From an uncultured Moraxellaceae bacterium (GTDB lineage Bacteria > Pseudomonadota > Gammaproteobacteria > Pseudomonadales > Moraxellaceae), in contig CAYJTU010000001.1 of NCBI GenBank assembly GCA_964373105.1, forward strand, positions 5,217 through 69,216: 64,000 bases of DNA. Reading direction: 5' to 3'. Positions 33,146 through 43,283 of the stretch are shown one piece after another; within the stretch, counting starts at the first letter, position 1; every line of letters begins with the position of its first letter. The notes under the pieces were generated by a model. It did not search any database, was not told the origin of the DNA, and was given only the letters and a program-made list of their open reading frames with translations. Both the position numbers and the translations under genes were made by a program.

Positions 33146-33652
33146 TTAGCGTCGATAAAAAACCGAATTGATATATCGCGGCAAGCCAATCAAGCCAATC
33201 AAGAGGCAAAGGCCTAAAATGATTAAGGTTGGCATCACACCCAGCCAATCACCGATTGGCGTTTGGTACAGTGGCCAAGCGAGCGAGAGCTTTTGCCAGC
33301 ATAAACTCTGCAGTGTCGTGATGATGGTTGCCAGTAATGCACTGCGAAAGGCTTGGGGTAGAATGATTGTACTGGTAATCGTTTCGCGGCGCTGATCTAT
33401 ATAGCGACGCAGCCGTTCAGCCAATGGCCACCCTGTCAGTAAACCGATGAATAGCCAAAGAATGAGCATCGGCACGCTGTTGGCAAAGCCGGCAAAGGGT
33501 TCAAGTCCCAAAGCGAGGCGCACCAATGGGATGAGCAATAATAAAAGTTGTGTCCACAACATGATCAAGAAACTCACGCGTCGGCGCAGTAAGGTGGCCA
33601 GCATGAGTAATATGGCGGGGTAGAATAAAATCGTAAACCCAATCAGCATCAC
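33146..33652 (-). CDS. Hypothetical integral membrane protein
   Basis: 168-aa ORF with several hydrophobic segments filling the gap downstream of gacS. Confidence 0.55.
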   Translation of the reverse strand: MMLIGFTILFYPAILLMLATLLRRRVSFLIMLWTQLLLLLIPLVRLALGLEPFAGFANSVPMLILWLFIGLLTGWPLAERLRRYIDQRRETITSTIILPQAFRSALLATIITTLQSLCWQKLSLAWPLYQTPIGDWLGVMPTLIILGLCLLIGLIGLPRYINSVFYRR

Positions 33653-33704
33653 GTATAAAGTCCTTCTCGGTGCGCTTGTCTTCTAAATAAGCTTAAGAAG
33701 AGAG

Positions 33705-36572
33705 CTAGTTAACAGAATCCTGCGGCGGATAGAGGCTTAATCCGACTTGCTCAAAAGGATAGGCTAAAACCGCGTCAATGGCATCCATCATGGCAGAAAA
33801 ATTTGTTAAAAGTTCGGCCTGTAGCTCTGTTTCTGACTCAAAATTGATGAGTTTGCCATTTTTTTGGGCTGCCGTTAGCGCGCGCTCCATGACACCCGTC
33901 GTTTTGCGTAGAGTCGGTGTCCCCGTATAGCGACTACCGCCATGCAGACGATGGACCTCGGACATCAGTGATTCGAAATTGTGACTTTCCCAACTGGAGA
34001 TCAATTCAATTTTATCCGTCGGCAGAGCTTCGATCAGCATCCGTAATAAATCACGTGCCAGATCAACTTTGCCTGCAGCCAGTTTCAGGCTGAGCTGCCA
34101 ATCCACGATAGGATAGGAGACGGGTTCGATGGCACTGTTATCAAAGTAGGCATTCGGACTGTTGGTGGCAAACTGGCCGGTCCAGCGCTCTAGGATGTCG
34201 ACCAACTGCGCTTGCTGAATGGGTTTGCTGAAGTAATCATCCATGCCTGCGGCAAGCAGACGCTCCCGTTCATCACTTAAGGCATGTGCGGTCAGTGCGA
34301 TAATCGGAGTATGCTGCTGCTCCTGATAGGTTTCGGCATATTCAGTTTCGAGCAGTCGAATGCGCTGAGTGGTTTCAAGTCCCGACATGCGCGGCATTTG
34401 AATATCCATAAAAATCAGGTCAAATGGCGCTTCGGGTGATTGAGGATGCAAGCGTGATTCGATGTATTCAATGGCTTCAAGCCCACTGCTGGCTTTGGTG
34501 GTTTGAATGCCCAAATCACCGAGTAATGCATCCAAGACCAACAGATTCGGCGCGTGATCATCCACTGCCAAGACATGCAGATTGCGACCTTCAAAGCGCG
34601 GCGTGGCAGTGAGTTCATGTTTGTTCTTAGGTTCAAGTACGCTCAGTAATCCGACGCGACTGACGGGCTGATAGAGGGCTTGCACTTGATATTCTGTAAC
34701 GATCACGGGATCGATGGCCATCTGATAGCCATAAATGACCAATGCTCCGCTATAACGGGTTCGAATCTCACGCAACAGTGCGGGCGTATCTTTGGCATCT
34801 GCATCGGTGATGACCCAACCACGGCCCTGGGTTTCTTCTTCAAAAGTCGTTAAGCGACCGAATAAGTCTGGCAGCGAGGTGGCTTGTTCTAACTCCACGG
34901 CCATATGACCTAAGTAAGCACGCAGCACATTGAGACTGGCACGATGGGCGATATGTGCCAGCACGCGGCGTCCGTTGAACTGCGGCCAATCCACTACGTT
35001 TTCTTGGGTGACGCCCAGCAATGCAGTGAACCAGAAGGTTGCACCTTGCTCGGCATTATCTTCAAAACCGACCTCACCGCCCATCAACTGCGCGAGCTGA
35101 CGGACGATGGCAAGCCCCAAACCCGTACCGCCATACTGACGATTGACGGAAGGATCACCTTGATGGAAGGATTGAAATAAATGATCTTTTTCCATACTGC
35201 CGAGGCCAATACCACTATCTTGCACAGAGAAGTGAATCAGATTTTGATGAGCGCGCTGCGGTTGCTGGGCGGGATCATCCAAGCGAACGCGAATAATCAC
35301 TTCGCCTTGCTGGGTGAATTTGATCGCATTGCTCACCAGGTTGGTCAAAATTTGCTTTAAGCGCAGTGCATCGCCATGCGCTTGACGCGGAACATCGTCA
35401 TAAAAATAAACGGCAATATTGAGATTTTTCTCACTGGCCAGCGGCGTCAACATGTCGATGACATCGAACACGGTCTCTTCTAAATTAAAGGGGGCTTTGT
35501 CCAGTACTAATTTGCCCGCTTCAATTTTTGAAAAATCAAGCACATCATTAATCAGTGCAAGTAAGTGGGCACTGGATTTACGAATGGTCTGTACATACAA
35601 GGTTTGCTCATCAGACAGTTCACCGCGCCGTGACAGGAGATTGATAAAACCATCGATGCTGTTGAGGGGGGTACGCAGTTCATGGCTGATATTGGCGAGA
35701 AAAACTGACTTGGTGGTACTGGCTTGCAGTGCTGAGTCACGGGCTTGGCGATAGGTGATGTTTTGCATCTCAATCGTATCAAGCGTCTGCCGCAGGTCAT
35801 CTTCGGTTTGGTCGCTATAGGCTTGTAGCTCGACGACGTTGCTATGCAAGCGTCTTAAGAAGTAACCAAAATCTTTTTGTAGCAAGCGCATTTCACCGTA
35901 GCTATTGCTTTCGATCGGTTGATTGAGCGAGGTAATCGAGAGGCGCTGGAGCAGCATGCGCAATTCATAAATCGGGCTGATCCAGCGGGTCGAATAAAAG
36001 CTTAAGCACAAGAGCAGCAATAGCAACGTTATCAAACCGATAATCGTCAACACGCCCCAGACGCGATAGCGCGCCAGCTCCAGCGGCTGATTATCCATAT
36101 CGATGACCAGCCAAATGGGGCTATCGGTGGCAAAGCCAACACGTAGACCATAATTGTTGCCCACACTGCTTGGCAATGGGCCAAACGTTTGGCGGTTGAT
36201 GGAAAACTTGGCCCATTCGGCATCCGCGTTAAAGCCCATACTTAAGCGTGGAATACCATGGATATCGATGAGTGCAGCGCGTTTGACGTTTTCTTCGCCA
36301 AGTATGTTTTGCAGGATATTACGGGCTTTGCTTGCGCCATCAGGCTGTTCGAGCAGTGGAATCAGGGTTTTGCTGGCCAATTGATAGCGGGCGAGGACGG
36401 CTTCAGCGCGGCTACGTTGTTCGGCTTTGGTCGCACGTGCGGTTTCGGAGATGACCAGAGATGCGCCAATCAAGGTCAGGATCGTAATCGGCACAAAAAT
36501 CAGCGCGACCAATTGCCCGTAAGCATTTTGAATGCTCAAGCGATGAAACCAACGTGTTTGGGCCGAGGCCAT
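33705..36572 (-). CDS. gacS: Hybrid sensor histidine kinase GacS/BarA
   Basis: Two TMs, H-box FLANISHELRTPL, HATPase, receiver FMDIQMP, Hpt VHRLHG; divergent from cysM. Confidence 0.9.
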   Translation of the reverse strand: MASAQTRWFHRLSIQNAYGQLVALIFVPITILTLIGASLVISETARATKAEQRSRAEAVLARYQLASKTLIPLLEQPDGASKARNILQNILGEENVKRAALIDIHGIPRLSMGFNADAEWAKFSINRQTFGPLPSSVGNNYGLRVGFATDSPIWLVIDMDNQPLELARYRVWGVLTIIGLITLLLLLLCLSFYSTRWISPIYELRMLLQRLSITSLNQPIESNSYGEMRLLQKDFGYFLRRLHSNVVELQAYSDQTEDDLRQTLDTIEMQNITYRQARDSALQASTTKSVFLANISHELRTPLNSIDGFINLLSRRGELSDEQTLYVQTIRKSSAHLLALINDVLDFSKIEAGKLVLDKAPFNLEETVFDVIDMLTPLASEKNLNIAVYFYDDVPRQAHGDALRLKQILTNLVSNAIKFTQQGEVIIRVRLDDPAQQPQRAHQNLIHFSVQDSGIGLGSMEKDHLFQSFHQGDPSVNRQYGGTGLGLAIVRQLAQLMGGEVGFEDNAEQGATFWFTALLGVTQENVVDWPQFNGRRVLAHIAHRASLNVLRAYLGHMAVELEQATSLPDLFGRLTTFEEETQGRGWVITDADAKDTPALLREIRTRYSGALVIYGYQMAIDPVIVTEYQVQALYQPVSRVGLLSVLEPKNKHELTATPRFEGRNLHVLAVDDHAPNLLVLDALLGDLGIQTTKASSGLEAIEYIESRLHPQSPEAPFDLIFMDIQMPRMSGLETTQRIRLLETEYAETYQEQQHTPIIALTAHALSDERERLLAAGMDDYFSKPIQQAQLVDILERWTGQFATNSPNAYFDNSAIEPVSYPIVDWQLSLKLAAGKVDLARDLLRMLIEALPTDKIELISSWESHNFESLMSEVHRLHGGSRYTGTPTLRKTTGVMERALTAAQKNGKLINFESETELQAELLTNFSAMMDAIDAVLAYPFEQVGLSLYPPQDSVN

Positions 36573-36819
36573 ACTGCAATTCCTTATATCAGTTTTCGTA
36601 CACCGCGGATGTTGCTTGGATTGTAGACTGAAGATTATTGTTTTGTCTGACTACACAAGTCATTCTAAATCGGATTTGTAGCAGTTAGCCAGTCAGGATT
36701 GAAATCTCTATCTATTTTCAGCCCGTGGATGATGATTACACCGGATACTGTGCAAATCCTTGTGTTTTTCTCTACAATCTCATTTGTTTAAAGAATTCTT
36801 ATTTTGCTTGAGTACAGCC

Positions 36820-37785
36820 ATGCTGCAATCCACCACTTCAGCCAGTGATTTTACACGATCCACTTCAAAGACCGCACAGTCCCTTGAGGCGATGGTGATT
36901 GATGCGACGATAGGTAACACGCCGTTGGTGCGCTTGCAGCGATTAGCCGCACATACCCAGGCGACCGTTCTCGCCAAACTTGAAGGTAATAACCCAGCGG
37001 GCTCCGTCAAGGATCGTCCCGCGTACAACATGATTATGCAGGCGGAATTGCGCGGTGATATTCAAGTCGGCGATACCCTGATTGAAGCGACAAGTGGAAA
37101 TACTGGTATAGCCCTAGCAATGGTTGCGGCAATGCGCGGTTATCGCATGATTCTGATCATGCCGGATAACTCTACTCAAGAGCGTAAAGACGCGATGCTG
37201 GCTTACGGCGCAACCTTGATAGAAGTATCGGCCCAAGGTGGTGGCATGGAAACTGCGCGAGATCTGGCGCTGCAAATGCAAGCGGAAGGCAAAGGTCGAG
37301 TGCTGAATCAGTTTGGTAACCCTGATAATTCCGATGCGCATTACAAGACGACCGGTCCAGAGATCTGGCAGCAAACCCAAGGCAAAATTACCCACTTCGT
37401 CAGTGCCATGGGCACGACGGGGACTATTATGGGTGTTGCACGCTACTTAAAAGAGCAAAATCCGGATATTCAAATCGTGGGTCTACAACCAGCGGATGGT
37501 GCACAGATTGCAGGTATTCGCCGCTGGCCGAAAGAATACCTGCCGACGATCTTTAAACCCGACTTGGTTGATCGGACCATGGATATTCCGCAAATTGAAG
37601 CGGAGAAAACCATGCGTAAACTGGCACGTGTTGAAGGTATCTTTGCGGGGGTCTCTTCAGGCGGTGCAGCATGGGCGGCTGTGAAGATTGCGGAAGAAAA
37701 TCCGAATGCGGTGATCGTATGTATAATTTGTGATCGCGGTGATCGTTATTTATCAACCGGGCTGTATTCAGTCATTGATGAGTAA
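36820..37785 (+). CDS. cysM: Cysteine synthase B (start uncertain)
   Basis: IGNTPLV, KLEGNNPAGSVKDR, TSGNTG, MGTTGT, CDRGDRYLS. Confidence 0.96.
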   Translation: MLQSTTSASDFTRSTSKTAQSLEAMVIDATIGNTPLVRLQRLAAHTQATVLAKLEGNNPAGSVKDRPAYNMIMQAELRGDIQVGDTLIEATSGNTGIALAMVAAMRGYRMILIMPDNSTQERKDAMLAYGATLIEVSAQGGGMETARDLALQMQAEGKGRVLNQFGNPDNSDAHYKTTGPEIWQQTQGKITHFVSAMGTTGTIMGVARYLKEQNPDIQIVGLQPADGAQIAGIRRWPKEYLPTIFKPDLVDRTMDIPQIEAEKTMRKLARVEGIFAGVSSGGAAWAAVKIAEENPNAVIVCIICDRGDRYLSTGLYSVIDE

Positions 37786-37844
37786 GACATCAAAACGACA
37801 AGTGCTGGGCTTTAAGTGATGAGCAACCGACGAGGGTAAGTCCG

Positions 37845-38633
37845 ATGATGAATCAGCCAATTTTGGTCTTTGATATTGAAACGATTCCTGATGTCAGCGC
37901 CGGCCTGCGCATGCACGGTTTGGATTTGCCGACACCAGAGGCCCTGCAAGCCTTATCGCATTTAAGACGGACTGAGGCGCTGGGGCGCTATGATGGCAGC
38001 ACTGACTTTCCACGCTTACCCTTTCACGAAGTGGTGTGTATTTCTGGGCTTTGGATCGGTTCCGGAGAGATGAAGCTGTTTTCATTTAGTCAGCAGGATT
38101 TATCTGAGCGCGATATTATCGCGCGCTTTTTTAGCGTTTTTGATAAACATTTCCCGACTTTGGTCAGTTGGAATGGTGCAGGATTTGATGTACCAGTCCT
38201 GCTCTATCGTGCGATGCTGCACAAACTGTCCGCGCCGCGCTTCCTAGATCAAGGTGAGCATGAGACCAGTCGTCGCTATGATAACTATCAAAACCGCTAT
38301 CAAACACGGCATACCGATTTGATGGATGCCATGGCGCTATTCAATAATCGTAATTTTCAGCGCTTGGATGATATTGCCCAACTTTTTGGTTTGCCGGGTA
38401 AGCAAGGTGTGAGCGGTGCGGATGTCAGTAGTCAAGTACAAGCGGGCCAGTGGCACGAACTCAAAGAGTATTGTGAGGGGGATGTGCTCAATACCTGGCT
38501 GGTGTATTTGCGCTGGCAACTCCTGCGGGGTCAGTTGGATTTAGCGGATCATGAGGAGTGGGTGCAGCACACCCGTGACTTTCTGGCCGTACACGAGACC
38601 CATCGTGATGGCTTCTTGAAGAGTTGGCTTTAA
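37845..38633 (+). CDS. 3'-5' exonuclease related to the PolB proofreading domain
   Basis: FDIETIP, SWNGAGFDVPVL and YCEGDVLNT (DEDD motifs). Confidence 0.88.
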   Translation: MMNQPILVFDIETIPDVSAGLRMHGLDLPTPEALQALSHLRRTEALGRYDGSTDFPRLPFHEVVCISGLWIGSGEMKLFSFSQQDLSERDIIARFFSVFDKHFPTLVSWNGAGFDVPVLLYRAMLHKLSAPRFLDQGEHETSRRYDNYQNRYQTRHTDLMDAMALFNNRNFQRLDDIAQLFGLPGKQGVSGADVSSQVQAGQWHELKEYCEGDVLNTWLVYLRWQLLRGQLDLADHEEWVQHTRDFLAVHETHRDGFLKSWL

Positions 38634-38747
38634 TCGATCCTTATTTTCTCACCCCTCTTTTTGCGTATTTTGCTTGATGCTTTTTTTCAGTCATCGTGAG
38701 TCTTTGATGCGGTGTTTTTATTTTTTTGAATCCTGATTAGTTTTTTT

Positions 38748-39911
38748 ATGACGTTATCACTCCGCCCTCGCCAAGTCGCTATCATTATGGCGATGACTAC
38801 GACTTTATCCACACCAGTATTTGCCGTACTCCCTCAGACTCTAGCCGTTCCTCCTCTGGATAACAAAGCGTATGTGCTCATCGACGCTGCGACGGGGCAA
38901 ATTTTGGCCTCAGCAAATCCCGATGCGAAGCTTCCCCCTGCATCACTGACCAAGATGATGACCAGTTATATCATCGGACAAGACCTCAGTCGTGGGCGCT
39001 TTAAAGAGCAAGACCCCGTGCGCATGAGTGCCTCTGCACTCTGCCAAAGCCAACTGGGGGAGTCGTGCATGCAACTGCCTTTAAATGCTTCGGCAAGTCT
39101 GCTGGATATGCTGCGGGGCATCATCATCCAATCCGGCAATGATTCGGCCAGAGCCGCTGCCGAGTATGTGGCAGGGAGTCAGCAGGCGTTTACTGAGCGT
39201 ATGAATGTCGAGGCCCAGAAACTGGGCATGCACCATACCCAGTTTTTGAATGTGTCTGGTATGCCGATGCCAGGACACTATGCCAGTGCGCATGATTTAG
39301 CCACGCTTGCTCGTGCGATCATCCAAAGTCAACCGCAGTATTTTCCCCTATACGGCATACAGCAATACCGCTATAGCCCCACGATTTTGCTCGAAAGTCA
39401 TAATCCCTTGCTCAAAGATCCCAGCGTCGATGGCATGAAGACTGGGCATACCCAAGAAGCGGGCTACTGTCTCGTCGTCACACAAAAGATCGGTGGCATG
39501 CGTTTGGTCAGTGCGGTGCTCGGCACGAAAACGAGAGCGGAATCGGGTATACAGTCCAAAGCACTATTAGCGTGGGGGTTTAATCAATTTGAAACCTTAA
39601 ATCTGAGTCATAAAAATCAAGTTTTGAAGACGGCACCGCTTTGGCTGGGGCAAGAGAAGACCATCGATATAGGAAGTCTTGAACCACTTGCCATCACCAT
39701 TCCACGTAGTCAGCGGCAAAATGTCCAAGTTCAAACGACACTGATTACTCACCTCAAGGCGCCACTTATGCAAAACCAGCCAGTGGGCACGATGACCGTG
39801 ACGTTAGACGGTAAAGTTTTGGCTAAGACGCCATTGATTGCGTTGACAGCAGTCGAAGAAGGGAATCTCTTTAAGCGACTTATGGATCATGTAAGGCTTT
39901 TATTCATTTGA
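38748..39911 (+). CDS. D-alanyl-D-alanine carboxypeptidase (PBP5/6, peptidase S11)
   Basis: SLTK (SxxK), SGN and KTG motifs plus C-terminal domain. Confidence 0.93.
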   Translation: MTLSLRPRQVAIIMAMTTTLSTPVFAVLPQTLAVPPLDNKAYVLIDAATGQILASANPDAKLPPASLTKMMTSYIIGQDLSRGRFKEQDPVRMSASALCQSQLGESCMQLPLNASASLLDMLRGIIIQSGNDSARAAAEYVAGSQQAFTERMNVEAQKLGMHHTQFLNVSGMPMPGHYASAHDLATLARAIIQSQPQYFPLYGIQQYRYSPTILLESHNPLLKDPSVDGMKTGHTQEAGYCLVVTQKIGGMRLVSAVLGTKTRAESGIQSKALLAWGFNQFETLNLSHKNQVLKTAPLWLGQEKTIDIGSLEPLAITIPRSQRQNVQVQTTLITHLKAPLMQNQPVGTMTVTLDGKVLAKTPLIALTAVEEGNLFKRLMDHVRLLFI

Positions 39912-39986
39912 TTTTTTTGTTGATTGTGCGATTTATACAGGCGCTATTTAAAATAAATCCTTGCGGAGCGATGACGCCATTTAAAA

Positions 39987-40016
39987 ATCCCCCTCTCCCT
40001 GAAGGGAAAGGGGGAT
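39987..40016. repeat. GC-rich inverted repeat (REP-like or bidirectional terminator) between convergent genes
   Basis: atccccctctccct-ga-agggaaagggggat; only one copy seen in the window. Confidence 0.5.
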
Positions 40017-40027
40017 CCTGATCAGGG

Positions 40028-41275
40028 TTATCGTGCAAGATGCTCCATCAGTACAACTTGGAGTTCTCCGACCAAGAAGCCGAGTGTGGCGCCCACGGCA
40101 ATGAGTATCCATTCATCTTGCTCAAAAGCGGGATGCAGCAAGTTTTCAAACTCTTCCAAGGTCAATTCGGTCATTTTCGATGCCAAGGTGCGTTCTAGAT
40201 CCATGGCGTCTTCAGCATACTGTTCGATATTTTTCAGGGTGTCGGGCAGACGTTTGATGATCTCTTCGGCGACCAATAGCTTCATTTCCTGATAGCGACC
40301 ACTGCCGACCGCAAAGACCACAAAAGGCTTGGCAATGCCGGATTGGTCATCGACCACCAACTGCACATGTTTTTGAACCATACCAAACAAGCGATCTGAT
40401 AGCGGACCACGCAGAATCGAGTCGATAATGTTGCGCGGTGTGACCACTTCTTTGGCAATCAGGCGTCCATACTACGCAGAGACTTCATGACGACGTTTCA
40501 ATAACAATCCTTGCCATTGGATGAGACCCCGTAAGTACTTGGTGGGATGCTTGGGGTTAAACACCATTTTCAGTGCCAGCCAATCTGTAAACCAACCGGT
40601 GAACAAGCCGAAGATCGGCATCACCCACGGTGAGTGGGTCAGTGCCCAAGTGACGGCTTGTACGATACCGATCATAAAACCAAACAATGCACCTGAGTTA
40701 CGGATAAAACGAAACTCGCCGCTGCCTGCTTCTAAAAAAATACGATTCAAAAGTTGCTTATCGCGGAGCAGGCTAGTGACCACCATATCTTTGAGATCAA
40801 ACACCGAGCCAATATTGGTTTTTACATCGTTCATGATGTGATTGACTATATTTGGCGCATCATCCTGAATGCGGCGAATGATTCGATTTTTGACCGACTG
40901 CGGTGCGATCTCCCACAGGCCTGGAGAATAGTGTGCAGCGACTTCGCGGGTAATGTCTTCGATCGCAGCCAGCAACGGTTTTTCGATTTCCTTGGCAATC
41001 CGCTCTGGATCGAGCTTATTAAAAATATCTTCAGGACTGATCAGTTTGGTCGTCATAGTATCGCAGGCGATTCCTGCCATGATGGCTGCCTTGCGCGGTA
41101 CGATGCCCTGCCACCCTAAGTAAGGTTTAATGCCAATGAACTCAAGCGGCCTGAACATCATATTGATGGCGACGATTTTGGTGCCGTAGCCAATAATTGC
41201 AGCAACAAAAGGCATGGAGGCATACAGCCACCAGTTGCGCTGTACATCAATGACAATTTCTGACCATGTTTGCAT
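40028..41275 (-). pseudogene. DUF445-family membrane protein interrupted by one in-frame TAG at 40472-40474
   Basis: Reading continues in frame as ...GAA GTC TCT GCG TAG TAT GGA CGC CTG ATT GCC AAA GAA GTG...; the two track ORFs join into a 415-codon frame with a duplicated M.F.P...WQG motif. Confidence 0.8.
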
Positions 41276-41384
41276 TTCTTGTTATTCCTATCCTTTGATG
41301 GCGCTGTACTATGATTATTGTGGCTTATGGTGCATGTCACTTTTTGCTCATGCTGGCATAGGCGGAGTCGCTATTTTTGATCAT

Positions 41385-42092
41385 TTAAGCGCTATCAGAT
41401 CGACAAGCGTTCCAAAGGCGCTCGCCGAAGTCCGATATGCGTAGTGTATGCCGAATAATCCGACTGCGCAGCCCATTTTTTTTGAGTTGTTCAAGCTCTT
41501 TACGCACAATCGCTTCTGTTTCTAGTATCTCATATTTCATGGTTTGACTATGCTCAGTCGGCTCAATCGTGACCAGCCCCAGCCTGCGTAAATGCTGGAC
41601 ATAAATATGCGTGAGGTCAGAGCATTGAACGCCAGCATTCTTGCCGACACTGGAAACGCACTCCACCGCATAATGCGTCCATGCAAAGCGAGACCCTGCC
41701 TCCACATGAATGAGTGGGTAGCCAGCGCCCTCTGAAAGGGCGGATAAAATGCGTGCTTGATCTGGAACGAGTGATTCGAGGATGGTCAGGAAGTAGTTGG
41801 TCTCTGCTTGTTCTCGGGTTTGGATCTGTGAGTGTTCTAGAAGCTCACATAAACGCGCATTAAGTCGCTGGTTGGCCGAGTGACTCAGCGTGACCGGATT
41901 GACCTGTGCGGGTTCCATCAGGTCCAGTCGTTGTTTGATCTCATGTAGGAGGCGCTGCTCTGCATATTTAAGCTGATTCAGCGCGAAGTCACGTCCAGGG
42001 AGATTGCGCAAGATTCGAGAGAGACGCGGCTCTGAAGTCGGTTCAACTTCAAATAGACTGACTTCATAAACTCTTGATACTTCTTTATTCAT
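41385..42092 (-). CDS. Putative Abi-alpha (DUF4393)-like protein
   Basis: ILESLVPDQARIL and C-terminal LRISDFGERLWNAC recall this family; recognition only. Confidence 0.5.
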   Translation of the reverse strand: MNKEVSRVYEVSLFEVEPTSEPRLSRILRNLPGRDFALNQLKYAEQRLLHEIKQRLDLMEPAQVNPVTLSHSANQRLNARLCELLEHSQIQTREQAETNYFLTILESLVPDQARILSALSEGAGYPLIHVEAGSRFAWTHYAVECVSSVGKNAGVQCSDLTHIYVQHLRRLGLVTIEPTEHSQTMKYEILETEAIVRKELEQLKKNGLRSRIIRHTLRISDFGERLWNACRSDSA

Positions 42093-42580
42093 GGTGTGAA
42101 CTCGCTGTCAGTCGTATCGATATCTGAGCTTCGAACAAACCTGTCATTCATTTTTGAACACTGCATGGGTTCAGGGACTGATTGGTTGGTTTGAGGTTAT
42201 TCCGCGTGATTAATCGATAAATGAGGTTTTATTGATTTTTGTCCATGATTTTCGATATCCCATCCTTTTTCGCTGCATTTATTGAAATTATTGTGATCTA
42301 CTTCTACGATTCGCTATTATGCAACAGATAGTATGAAGATGCATTTATAGAGTCAATAGGTTTTTTTACTCAGTAGGCGATTGTTAAGGATGAGCGCTGT
42401 TCTTGGCCTTAGGCTGTATAGAACAGGATGATTTTGATCTCGGCATGACCTAAGCTGATGGATGGATTCAACATCATCCCCTAAAAAATTCTTTGTTCTA
42501 CTGTAGCGGTATCGTTAGATGGGATTGATTTTAGATCACGGGATTCGATCCATAAGTGGGTATGATGTTCGATTGGGAGA

Positions 42581-43003
42581 ATGACTTTGCGTAAGATTTA
42601 CTTTGCTGCGGTGGTGTTTTTTTGCGGTTCAATGAGTTATGCCGCAGATCCTACAACAATCCCATCCAATCATCCGATTTTGGGCATATGGAAATGGACG
42701 ACGCCCATCGCAGGTTGCTCAGAGTTGTATAACTTCAAAGCGAATAATCGATTTGGATTTTCAAGCGGTGCAGAACTGGGTGAAAGCCGATATACGATCG
42801 CAGCAGAACCGAGTGCAAAAGGCTTTTACAGACTAGAAAATACGATTATCAAAGATAATGGCTTGGGGGATTGTCGTGGCCTCATCAGTGAGGTTGGTGC
42901 TAAAAGTATTTTATTTTTACGTTTTAACCCGAAAGCTACTGAGTTAAAAATGTGCCCTAGCGAATCGGAGGATGGTTGTTTTGGACCGCTCAAGCGTGAA
43001 TGA
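42581..43003 (+). CDS. Hypothetical secreted protein
   Basis: Signal peptide ending SYA; ILGIWKW lipocalin-like strand; four Cys in the mature part; own terminator. Confidence 0.65.
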   Translation: MTLRKIYFAAVVFFCGSMSYAADPTTIPSNHPILGIWKWTTPIAGCSELYNFKANNRFGFSSGAELGESRYTIAAEPSAKGFYRLENTIIKDNGLGDCRGLISEVGAKSILFLRFNPKATELKMCPSESEDGCFGPLKRE

Positions 43004-43030
43004 ATAGACATTACTCGTGGTGATCAAATG

Positions 43031-43064
43031 ATAAGGTCTTACTCGTGTAAGACCTTATTTTTTT
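43031..43064 (+). terminator. Intrinsic terminator
   Basis: ataaggtcttac-tcgt-gtaagaccttat followed by a T-run. Confidence 0.85.
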
Positions 43065-43157
43065 GACCTTACGATTTCTCGTCACATAAAAAAGCAATCA
43101 ACGATTAAATCAGACCCGCAAAAAAAACTTCCCCATAACAATAATATTTTCTTTTTT

Positions 43158-43184
43158 TGAATCCAAAAACGTCTTTGGCTCGTA
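43158..43184 (+). promoter_or_regulatory. Putative ECF sigma promoter of the DUF4331 operon
   Basis: TGAATCC-N16-CGTA preceded by a T-run; same motif and spacing found upstream of the fasciclin gene. Confidence 0.65.
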
Positions 43185-43283
43185 ATTACTCAGGTGATGG
43201 GAGTACTTATCACATCTGCGGCATGGGGATCGTTTTTTGGATTATAGAACAATGCACGTTCAATCATTTTAAGGAAATACAAT

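Noticed and set aside
39987-40016. REP/MITE family repeat
   Set aside because: Only one copy seen in the window; explained adequately as a bidirectional terminator.
40472-40474. Pyrrolysine or selenocysteine recoding at the DUF445 stop
   Set aside because: The stop is TAG, not TGA; no pyl genes are in the window, and the family is not known to use recoding.
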